DNA of 63,932 bases, filler included, from Chrysochromulina tobinii (GCA_001275005.1; 8 parts of 8 records of this genome joined end to end with filler, not necessarily neighbours in it); one strand, 5' to 3'; shown: positions 48,352-58,942, counted from the first letter of the whole stretch. Made by a program: numbers and translations. The notes: generated by a model from the letters alone, not told the origin.

Positions 48352-48443
48352 ATGGGCATCGACACGACGCTTCCCGGCGACATGGGTGTCTTCGACACGG
48401 AGGGCCTGGGCGAGGGCGAGCCCATCTGGGACCGCATGGCCCA
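48352..48443 (+). CDS. N-terminus of a second copy of the EF-hand gene, cut by gap
   Basis: MGIDTTLPGDMGVFDTEGLGEGEPIWDRM, nucleotide-identical to the reverse complement of 42350-42436. Confidence 0.85.
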
Positions 48444-48838
48444 NNNNNNNNNNNNNNNNNNNNNNNNNNNNNNNNNNNNNNNNNNNNTTAATTAATTAAN
48501 NNNNNNNNNNNNNNNNNNNNNNNNNNNNNNNNNNNNNNNNNNNACTCAGTACTTGTGTAGACCGAGGGGAGCGGAGCCGTCCGTCGAGACGGTGGTGGAG
48601 TGAGCGTGGGGGGACCGCGAAGAAACTGAAAACTGAACACGACGCACCTGCCAGCGGTTCACGAAGTGTACGCTCGACTAGTCTATCCAAAATCTCGGCG
48701 CCATGCTGTTCCCCACACGTCTGTGAAATAGAGTCGCCGGGGTCGACCCGCGTAAGAGTCCCTCGGTTTTTTGCTGACCCAACGTGCTCATGTTTCCCGT
48801 GATCGGCTTCGTTCACGGGATTCTTATCTCGCCTCGCG

Positions 48839-51800
48839 ATGCCGACAGTCCTTCTTGCTGCCCTCGCCGCCGCGCTCGCGGACGCGCCGCCGCGCATCTT
48901 CGACCACATTTCGGTCACGGCGAGCGCCTCGTGGGCCAACGATCCCATCATCGAAGCGGCATCACTTCTCTACGGCGAGCTCGGCGGCCGAGGCGTGGCG
49001 TGGTTCCTCAAGGGCGTCGCAGGCCAACCCGGTTGTGAGGACGTGCGCTGCGCCGCCAGGGCGATCAGTTCGCTGAGCTTGCCGCCGCTTCAGGTCCGTG
49101 CGCTCGGCGCCGCTCTGGCCGCGCGGGTGGAGGCGCCCAAGGTGGAGGCCTGGGCGCAGCTCGCGGCCGCCGTGCCGGGCTCCTCACCCGACCGTGGAGC
49201 GCTCGCGCACGCGGCCGTGTGGCTCTGCACGTGCGACGGGCGCATCCACGTGGAGGTGGAGGATGCGCTGGCGGCGCTGGCAGTGCTCGTTGACTCACCC
49301 GAGGAGTGCCGCGAGGCGAGCGCCAGCGCCGTGCCCGCGGCGCTCGACCACGCGTTCGACAACGACAACGCGGGCGGACGCAGGAGCGCGGACGCCATTT
49401 CCACAGCTCCGTTACTGATCGCGTACGTCGACCCGCACGCCGGGGCTGCGATGGGCGCGGCAATGGCGGCGCTACTCGCCGTGCCACCCGCCACCGCGCG
49501 CATCGTGCTGCGCTACCGTCCCTCGGCCGCCGTTAGCCCGGTGCCTCTTCAGGGCTTTGGGACGGTCGTGCGGCTGAAGGCGTCCGAGTACAAGGTGGTG
49601 GACGACCGCGGCGTGGAGGCGGCGGCCGATGCGGCCGACGAGAGCGACGACGATGCCGTCGAGGGCGAACCGGCCGGAGGAGACGAGGCGCCTTCGTTTC
49701 TGCTGCGCAAGCGAGCGGGTGAGCCGCTCGTCGCGTGCATGCTGATTGCCTCCCTCATTGCGAGCGGGTGAGCCGCTCGTAGTTGCGACGGCGGTCACGC
49801 GAGTGCATGCTGATTGCCTCCCTCATTGCACGCAGGTGAGCCGCTCGTTGGCGACGGCGGCGACGGCTCGAGCCTCTCCGCCGCACGGCTTGGCGCTCTG
49901 AGCATGCAGGCGGCGGTGGCGGTGCTGCGCGCGCGCCGGCCGTTACCGACGCTCCGGGACGTGAGCGGGTTGCTCCCAAGCCTCGCACGAGCGCTCTCGC
50001 GCATTAATTTGAGCTCACCTGCCCACGAACCCCTCGTACGCTCGCTCGTGACGAACCCCTCGTGACGAACCCCTCGTGACGAACCCCTCGTGACGAACCC
50101 CTCGTGACGAACCCCTCGTGACGAACCCCTCGTGACACACTCCGAGCAATGCTGCTACCAGCATGCTAACTGCCGCTGATGGCCTGCCTGATTACCTCCC
50201 TCATCAGGTACGCTCGCTCATCGCGATCCGGCCGCTTTTGCAATCAGCATGCAACTCACTGCTGCTCAACGGCTTACCAATCGACCTCACCCGTGCGGAC
50301 TTGGCCCCTCTGATTACCTCTGATTACCTCTGATTACCTCTGATCACCTCTGATTACCTCTGATTACCTCATGCGTGTGGCCTTGGCGCCTCGAGCGCGC
50401 CTCCCATCCCACCACCCGCGATTGCATGCTGAGCGCACCTCCCATCCCTCCCTCATTGCATGCAGGTGCGGACTTGGTGCAGCACACGATGAAGCTCGTG
50501 CTCACCGAGGCGAACACAGCGGCCCAGCTCGTGCAGCTCGGCTTGCGCCCAACTGTCGTGAGCGCGCTGCTCACGACGGCGCCCCCGCCCCCGGTGCGCA
50601 TCGACGCCCGCAGCCTCGAGAGCGCCACGCTCTGGCTGAGTGACCTGAGCGCGCCTAATTTGGATGGGGGCTTCAAAACATGGCCCTCGGATCTAAGCTC
50701 GGCGCTTAAAAAGGGCCTTCGGGGCGCGCGCCAGTTCACAAGGCATAACCTGTTCACAGCCATCTTCGCCTTCGACCCGGCGACGATGCACGGCGCGCGC
50801 ACGGCCGGCTACGTGGCGACCATCCTGAAGCGGAGCGCGCCTCTTCGGATTGGGGTGCTTGCTCGCTCGGCGGACGGTAACGGAGATTCCAATCTGGCCA
50901 CGCGCGCTCTCGCGGGCACTTGCATGCTGATGGCCCCTGATTGCCCCCCTCCCACCCTCCCTAACTAGGTAGCGGAGATTCCAATCTGGCCACGCGCGCT
51001 CTCGTGCACTTGCATGCGGTGGGGGGCAAGGCGGCACTGATCGCTTTCCTGCGCACCCTCGGCGCACGGGCGGGGGCGGCAGTTGGAGCGCCGCGGCGGG
51101 CACCCGAGCTGGCGGCAGCACCGGTGGACGCAGCCGAGGAGGGGGACGCGGCGGGGGCGGACGAAAGTGATGCGCTGGCTGCAGCAAACACGGACGGCGA
51201 CGCGCAGGCGGAGGCGGGGAGCGCTCAGGACGACGCGACGACGGTGGCCGAGGGCGATGCGCGTCGTACTGAGCGTGCCTCCGCTGTTCTTGAGCCGACG
51301 GTCCCACGGCAGGTGCTCGTGATTGCATGCTGATTGCCTCCCTCATTACCAGCTCTTGAGCCGACGGTCCCACGGCAGGTGCTCGTGATTGCATGCTGAT
51401 TGCCTCCTTCATTACCAGCTCTTGAGCCGACGGTCCCACGGCAGGTGCTCGTGGACGCTGTGGCGGCGGCGCTCGAGGTCATCGCGGGGGGCGCCAAGGG
51501 GGGAGGAGGAGGCAAGAAGGGCAAGAAGCGCAAGGCCAAGTCGGCGGCGGCAGAGGAGGAGGCGACGGCGTCGGCAGGCTCGGAGGCGGCGAATGCCACG
51601 GACGGTAGCCGCCCGGCACGGCGCGCGGAGGAGGTCCTCCTGCAGCTCGGCATGATCGGCGAAGGCATAGGGCTCGAGGCCGCCGAGCGTGTGGAAGCCA
51701 TGGACTTGGCCGCCAACCTGCTCGGGCTACCTGCCTCCCTACCCGTCGCCCTTCTCAACGGACTGGTGCTGATCCCCGAGGCGCCCATTACGGCGCTCTC

Positions 51801-54800
51801 AGGCGAGGCGCTCTGGGGGGAGATGATTGCACTTGCAATCACGAGAGAAGCTCAGGTGATTGCATCCCTCATCAGGCGGCGATCGTGCAGTACGATTGGC
51901 CGTCTGATTGCGTCTGATTGCGTCTGATTGCGTCTGATTGCGCTCACGAGAGAAGCTCAGTTTGTCCGTGCGCTCATCGAGGAGGGCGCCCTGATGATTG
52001 CCTGTGATGGCCTCTGAGGACCTCTAATCGCCACTGTCATCAGGTTGTCCGTGCGCTCATCGAGGAAGGTGCCCTGAGCGATGGCGCCAACCTTACCGGC
52101 ACCGAGGCGACGGCGAGATCGGGCGAGATGCATAGTGCGAGATCGGGCGAGCTCCATAGTGCGCTGCTCGAGGTGCTCATGTCAAGGGGGAAGGTGGCGC
52201 CCTTTTATTCTGCACAGCTCGCAGTAGCTGCCAAGGAGGAGACTGTGCGCGATGCCATCCGTGCGGCGGGGGCGGCGGCGGGTGGAGAGGCGGATGGGCA
52301 GGCAGCGCCGTATTGGGCGGATGGGCAGGCAGCGGCGAGCGGCAAGGCGTCTGCGGCAGCAGAGGCGACCCAGTTGGCGGGAGTGGTACGCATGCACGGG
52401 GAGCGATTGGATTGGCGAGCGCTTGCATGCTGATGGCTTCTTAATGGCTTCTGATTGCCCTCCTCCTACCCTCCCTAATTAGGTACGGGTCCTCGAGGAG
52501 CGCGTATGGAATCCCGAGTCGCCTTCGAATGTGCATGCCGACTCGCGCCGACTGCATGCACGCCGGCTGGTGCTCAACCCTAATTTGGAACGCTGTGCTC
52601 GAGAGGGGAGCTGCCTCGAGATTGCGGGGATAGGGGATGGCGCCGCGCTGCACTTGGTTGCGATCGTCGATCCTCTCACGGTGCAAGCGCACAAGATAGC
52701 TGCCCTGCGGATCGCATGCTGATTACCTCCCTCATTACCTCGGCAGGTGCACGCGCACAAGATAGCTGCCCTGCTGATCGCTCTGCGGGAGGAGATGCAT
52801 GCACGCGTGACGCTCCTCCTCGCACCGAAATCTCCGCCGAGCTCCGACGATCTCGCCGAAGGCGCCGTGATGGGCAGCCTTTGGTCCCCCGAGCCATCCG
52901 CTGCCTCGATGCCCCTCGATGCCTTCCACAGGTGATTGCTCTGGATTGCTCTGGATTGCTCTGGATGGCTCTTGATTGCGCATGATTGCGCATGATTGCT
53001 CTTGATGGACCCTTGATGGCTTTTGATGGGATGGGCACGTCTCTCTCTATCTCTCTCTCCGCGTTCCACAGCTTCGCCGTGCAGCTCGATCCGCTCAAGA
53101 CGGCGCCTCCCGCGGCCACCTTTGAGATGTTTCGGCCGAGGGCGCCGCAGACGCTCACGCTCACGCCCGAGGCGCCACCAGGTGATTGCATCTGATTGCG
53201 TCTGATTGCGTCCCTCATCAGACGCTCACGCTCCGCCCGAGGCGCCACCAGGTTGGGTGATGACGATCTCCGCCGCGAGCTCCGACCTCGACAATCTGCG
53301 GCTGCACACGCTACAGTCCAGCCAGTCCGTGCATGCAGCCTACTCGCTCAGCGCCTTGCTTGTCACCGGAAAGTGTGTGGATCGCTCGGGGGGTGGTGTC
53401 GGCGGTGCCAAGGGCGGCGGCGGCGGCGGCGGCGGCGGCGGCAAGAAGGCAGCTCATGGCAAGAAGGGTAAGCAGCAGCGGCGGTGGCGAGGGAGCACTG
53501 ATGACCTCTCTAATTACCTCTGATGGCCTCTCTAATTACCTCTGATGGCCTCTCTAATTACCTCTAATGGCCTCTCTAATTACCTCTGATGGCCTCTCTA
53601 ATTACCTCTGATGGCCTCTGCACGACTCTGAGGGTGGCCAACACTGATTGCCCCTTTCATCAGGCAAGCGGCGGCGCGAGATGACCGAAGCGGATGCGGA
53701 TGGGCACGCCGCCTCCGCCGGAGGGAATGCATGCACAGCGGCGGCCCTCGAGCTGCATCGGGCGCTCGGTACGGCGCTCACTACGGCGCGAGCTCCGACG
53801 GCCGAGATGGGCGCGAGCCGCGATCTCGTCAATCTCGTCAATCTCGTCCACGCGCCCGCTTCGGATACCCTCGTCATCGGCTCCGAGTATGCGCTGCACC
53901 CCGACTGCACCCCGATCGACCTCTGGCATGTCTCGGCGCATGCACGTGCTCACCACGGCGCCCTGCCCCCCCCCTCCCCACAGGTACTTTCAATTGCAGG
54001 CGCCGGGGCCTGGGCTGTGGTCAATCTCGCTCGCCTCCGGCGCCGAGCTCCTGAGCGCCCGCCACGGCGCCGCTACAGGCGCCCGCTACGGCGCCGCCGT
54101 CCCGGGCAGCCGTTACGCCGCGCCTCCGGCCCGCGCCCTCCCCGTGCCGCTCCTCTCGTATACCGGTGCGACGCTCGACATTCTCGTCGGCGCAGACCCA
54201 AATCATGGCTTGAGCACACGCACCACCGCCGCCCCGGCTCTCGCCGCCGCCCCCGCCTCCGCCGCCGCCGGTACGGCGCTCGACGAAACAGTCCACATCT
54301 TCTCCCTCGCATCGGGGCTGCTCTATGAGCGCTTCCTACGCATCATGATGAAGACGGCCGTTGAGCGCGCGAGCCGCCCACTGAAGTTTTGGATCCTTGG
54401 CAACTTCCTCTCGCCCGCCTTCCGTCACGCTGTGAACAGCGGCGCGCTCGCAACGGCCGTTGGCGCTCAGGTGATTGCATCCCTCATCAGGTGGCGATCG
54501 TGCTCTACGATTGGCCGCCTGAGTGCGTCTGAGTGCGCCCGAGTGCGTCTGATTGTGGATGATTGCGTCCCTCATCAGGTGGCGATCGTGCAGTACGATT
54601 GGCCGTCTCACCTGCGAGAGCAGACGGAGAAGCAGCGGCTCATCTGGGGGTACAAGATCCTGTTTCTCGACGTGCTCTTCCCACAGGTGAAAGGCGATGA
54701 TTGCGATGGAGTCCGACGAATCTCCGATGAATCTCCGATGGATCTCCGACGAATCTCCGATGGGCTGTCTCGTCCTCACCTTGCCTTCATCGCAGTCGCT

Positions 54801-56125
54801 CCGCAAGATCATCTTCGTCGAGGAGCTGATTGCCTCTTGATTACCTCTGATGAGCCCTAATTGCCTCCGTCGCAGTCGCTCCGCAAGATCATCTACGTCG
54901 ACGCGGATCAAATCGTCCAGGGCGACCTCGCAGAACTTTGGGATAGGTGATTGCCACGGAAGGACACTAATGGGCACCCTGATTGCCACCCTGATTGCCG
55001 CCCTGATTGCCATCCTGATTGCCATCCTGATCGTCCAACGGGACCTCGCCCCTGATTGCCACCCTGATGACCTCCGATGCTCCCCAATGTGGCACTTCAC
55101 ACCCAACCGAACTTCACACCCAACCGAACTTCACACCCAACCGAACTTCACACCTTTGCGGCAGGCCTCTCCTCGGCGCTCCGGTGGCCATGACGCCCTT
55201 TTGCCGCGCCGACCCAAATATGGCAACCAAGGGCTTCCGCTTTTGGGAGACCGGCTTCTGGGCAGGCGCGCTCGGCGGCAAACCATACCACATCTCCGCG
55301 CTCTTCGTCGCGGATCTGGCCGCCTTCCGATCGATTCGGGCAGCAGGGGGGGCGAGCGCGCCGTCGTGGGCAAGCGAGCAGGGCGTGGGTGACATTTACC
55401 GGTCGACGTATCAGTCGCTCACAGCTGACCCGAGCTCGCTTGCCAACCTCGACCAGGACTTACCCAACTACCTGCAGGGCATGGTGATTGCGTCTGATTG
55501 CGTCTGATTGCGTCCCTCATCAGGACGTACCCAACTACCTGCAGGGCATGGTGATTGCGTCTGACTGCGTCTGATTGCGTCCCTCATCAGGTGCCCATCC
55601 ACTCCTTGCCCGAGGAGTGGCTCTGGTGTGAGTCCTGGTGCGGCAACGCCTCGCAGTCCGCTGCGAAGACGATCGACCTGTGTAACAACCCGATGACCAA
55701 GGAGCCCAAGCTTGAGCAGGCGAGGCACTCTTCATTACCCTTGATTACCCTTGATTGCTCTTAATTAACCCGATGACCAAGGAGCCCAAGCTCGAGCAGG
55801 CGAGGCACTCTTGATTACCCTTGATTACCATTGATTGCTCTTAATTAACCCGATGACCAAGGAGCCCAAGCTTGAGCAGGCGAGGCACTCTTGATTGCTG
55901 TGGATTGCTGTGGATTGCTGTGGATTGCTCTTGATTGTACTTGATTGCGCTTGATTGCTCGGGCAGGCGAGGCGCATCGGAGGGGAGCGCTGGGCCAAGA
56001 TCGACGCCGAGCTCGAAGCCGCCCTCGGGGGGGGAGCCTCCGCCGCGGTAGGTTCTGAAGGTGGCGCTCACGGCGGCGCGAATATGTCACCATCGGCAGC
56101 ACTCATGGAGAAGACGGAGCTCTGA
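48839..56125 (+). CDS. UGGT: UDP-glucose:glycoprotein glucosyltransferase, 18 exons, ~1625 aa
   Basis: Signal peptide; [103 protein letters not shown]-terminal KTEL. Introns 49719-49835, 50036-50207, 50293-50465, 50877-50968, 51313-51444, 51856-52043, 52386-52482, 52681-52746, 52932-53071, 53182-53251, 53468-53663, 53887-53983, 54471-54578, 54687-54875, 54947-55164, 55484-55590 and 55720-55966 (GC-AG) give one continuous frame. Confidence 0.95.
55484..55590 (+). mobile_element. Two copies of the 40-nt intron module GTGATTGCGT(CTGATTGCGT)2CCCTCATCAG around a duplicated exon end
   Basis: Copies at 55484-55523 and 55551-55590, near-identical copy at 53182-53221, and a 20-nt form at 51856-51875 and 54471-54490. 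Mobility is inferred. Confidence 0.55.
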
Positions 56126-56332
56126 CGCACCGCTGGAAACGTGAAAGTGACCACTTACGTTTTACGAGTTCGGAACTTACCCCGTGGGTTATAATCCTCG
56201 GGCCGATCATCTTCTCATAATGACGACAAATGCGTCGTTCCCCAGCCGATGCAGGCTACATTGTTTTGAGCACGGATGTGCGAGCTTGGCTTTTTTGTGA
56301 GAAAAAAAAAGGGTTCACACGAACGAGTCTCC

Positions 56333-57610
56333 ATGGCTTCCCAGAGCCCACAAGACCCATGCATGGACGAAGATACCATGGCAAGGCAGTTCCCGCGCCT
56401 GCAAGGCGCCGGCATGAGCGGCCCACTAGGAGCAGGCGGCTACGCTAGCGGCGAACACATCGGCTCATCGAATGCCCGGGCGCGTGCCGCCGCGAGCATG
56501 AACACGGTCTGCACAGCCACGGAAGTGGAAGCAGTTCTCGACATCGACGCAGTTGAAGTGGAAGCAGTTGATGACATGGACGACTCCATCGAGGTTGAAG
56601 TTGTACTCGTTGACGAGTCCCGGATGGACACAGGCTCCTCGTCGACGCCACGAGTTTCGACAGATGACGTGCAGCACCTCAGGGCGATCAAGGCAAGGGC
56701 TGCCGCGGCAGCGGAGGGGCTGGAGCTGGTGCCGTCGTCGAAGAACCAGACGGGCTTCAAGGGCGTGACCTTGACTCGTGGCAGGTACTATGTGGACGTC
56801 TGTGAGAACGGCATGACGCGCCACCTCGGGGGCTTTGCAACGCGAGAGGAGGCAGCCTTGTGCTATGCAAGGCACATTGGGGCGGAGCGAGCGGCGGCAG
56901 AGGCGGCGAAAGAGAGAGGCGAGGGGCTGAATACGACAAAGCCGCTCACAGCAGATGAGGCCAGGGCTGCCGCGGCAGCGGAGGGGCTGGAGCTGGTGCC
57001 GTCGTCGAAGAACCAGACGGGCTTCAAGGGCGTGACCTTGACTCAGGGCAGGTACAACGTGGACGTCTATGAGAACGGCAAGCAATCACGCAACTTTGGC
57101 GGCTTTGCAACGCCAGAGGAGGCAGCCTTGTGCTATGCAAGGCACCTTGGGGCGGAGCGAGCGGCGGCAGAGGCGGCGAAAGAGAGAGGCGAGGGGCTGA
57201 ATACGACAAAGCCGCTCACAGCAGATGAGGCCAGGGCCGCCGCGGCAGCGGAGGGGCTGGAGCTGGTGCCGTCGTCGAAGAACCAGACGGGCTTCAAGGG
57301 CGTGAACTTGATTGGTGGCAAGTATTACCTGCAAGTCTATAAGAACGGCAAGCAATCACGCAACTTTGGGGGCTTCGCAACGCCAGAGGAGGCAGCCTTG
57401 TGCTATGCAAGGCACCTTGCGACGGAGCGAGCGGCGGCAGAGGCGACGGGTGAGGGGCCACAGCCGCTCACGGTGGATGAGGCGAAAGAGATTGATGGGA
57501 GGCACACCTCAGGACGCGGCTCTCTACAACCCGTTGAACATCCCGCGCCGCCTGGTCCGAGTTGTGAACGTGAACATCCCGCGCCGCCTGGTCCGAGCAG
57601 TTCCGAATAG
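56333..57610 (+). CDS. Protein with three tandem AP2/ERF-like DNA-binding domains
   Basis: TGFKGV...GRY.V....G....LGGFAT.EEAALCYAR three times, ~270-bp near-identical repeats. Confidence 0.8.
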   Translation: MASQSPQDPCMDEDTMARQFPRLQGAGMSGPLGAGGYASGEHIGSSNARARAAASMNTVCTATEVEAVLDIDAVEVEAVDDMDDSIEVEVVLVDESRMDTGSSSTPRVSTDDVQHLRAIKARAAAAAEGLELVPSSKNQTGFKGVTLTRGRYYVDVCENGMTRHLGGFATREEAALCYARHIGAERAAAEAAKERGEGLNTTKPLTADEARAAAAAEGLELVPSSKNQTGFKGVTLTQGRYNVDVYENGKQSRNFGGFATPEEAALCYARHLGAERAAAEAAKERGEGLNTTKPLTADEARAAAAAEGLELVPSSKNQTGFKGVNLIGGKYYLQVYKNGKQSRNFGGFATPEEAALCYARHLATERAAAEATGEGPQPLTVDEAKEIDGRHTSGRGSLQPVEHPAPPGPSCEREHPAPPGPSSSE

Positions 57611-57748
57611 CGCCCGTTTGACGAATAGCGCCCGTTGGACGAATTGCGCCCGTTGGACGAATAGCGCCCGTTAGACGAATTGCGCCCGTTGGACGAATAG
57701 CGCCCGTTTGACGAATTGCGCCCGTTGGACGAATAGCGCCCGTTGGAC
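57605..57748. repeat. 18-bp tandem repeat GAATWGCGCCCGTTDGAC x8
   Basis: Read directly; the first unit contains the stop codon of the AP2 gene. Confidence 0.9.
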
Positions 57749-58709
57749 GCACTCCGCAGCTGCAGCCCACTGTTCACGGCTAACCCTAGCCCACTGTTCA
57801 CGGCCAACCCTAGCCCACTGTTCACGGCCATGCACGACGAGCAGCGCAAGCAGCAAGGATCGTCTTCATTCTTGGCGCCGTCGCCTGCGCTGCCACCATC
57901 CACCGTCATTTGGCGCACATCGAACAAGCGGCCGGTTGCAGAGGCCTTTGGAGATCTCGGCCTTTTGGAGATCTCGGCCTCTGGAGATCGGGGCTGGCCA
58001 CAAACGATGGGTCTCTCTCTGCAAGGCAATGAGCGCAAGCAGCAACATCCAACGCGGCAGCAGCTGCTCTCAGTCCGGCAGGAGGAGCAGGTGCTCATGC
58101 AGCTACAGCCCATGGCACCTGATGAGCAGTGCCCTCTACATATGCTGTGGGAATAGTAGCCCAATAGTAATAAATAGTAATGCCCCAAATGCGGCGGCAA
58201 GCGAGGACAACCCCCGACACCGGCTCAGCAACCGCGATCGGAGCCCGTTGCGGCGCCTCCCTTGCCCTTGTTTTTCAACTACACCGCTATTCCGTTTTCC
58301 GATTCTTTTGCACTGGTCTGTGTCGGGACGGCAGGGGCTAGCGACGAGCGTGCTGGTCTGAACGGAACGAGGCGGGGGGTCGAACCCGAGGGGGGGACAC
58401 ACAGTGACACAGAAGAGTTTCGAATTGGTATTGGAGACGTCTGGAATGGCCGCATTACTGAATGGCCGATGCAACTTCCCCCGGTTGCCGCCGTGCAAGC
58501 GTGCACCGTCCGGAGCGATAAATATACTTTATAGCGTGACCTACGCACAAAGGCGTATACGTTACATGAGGAAAAGAAATAGGATACGGTATCAGAGTGT
58601 AATAAAGATACATCAACTCATCAAGCAGTTGTGCATCAATTTGGTATTTGCAGAGATACGGCGCGCAGATTCTGTCCGGTCGGCGGCGGATTACTCGAGG
58701 ACATGCCAC

Positions 58710-58942
58710 TTGACCCAAGGGGGAGTGGTCTACTATATTTTTCATGTTTATAAGGCCCCACCCCTACACCTGTTTGGGAATTGAATGGTTGACCCAAGGG
58801 GGAGTGGTCTACTATTTTTCATGTTTATAAGGCCCCACCCCTACACCTGTTTGGGAATTTGAATGGTTGACCCAAGGGGGAGTGGTCTACTATTTTTCAT
58901 GTTTATGAGAAGGCCCTAACCCCACACCTGTTTGGGAATTGA
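58710..58942. repeat. ~78-bp tandem repeat x3
   Basis: TTGACCCAAGGGGGAGTGGTCTACTAT...CACCTGTTTGGGAATT at 58710, 58789 and 58867. Confidence 0.9.

Noticed and set aside
48839..56125. UGGT as a fragmented pseudogene or misassembly
   Set aside because: GT/GC-AG splicing gives one full-length frame with intact motifs and KTEL, and the intronic duplicates carry substitutions, which argues against simple assembly stutter.
57778..57815. Interstitial telomere (TAACCCTAG)
   Set aside because: Only isolated single units inside a 24-bp repeat.
57605..58942. CRISPR-like arrays
   Set aside because: The repeats are contiguous with no unique spacers, no cas genes are present, and the context is eukaryotic.
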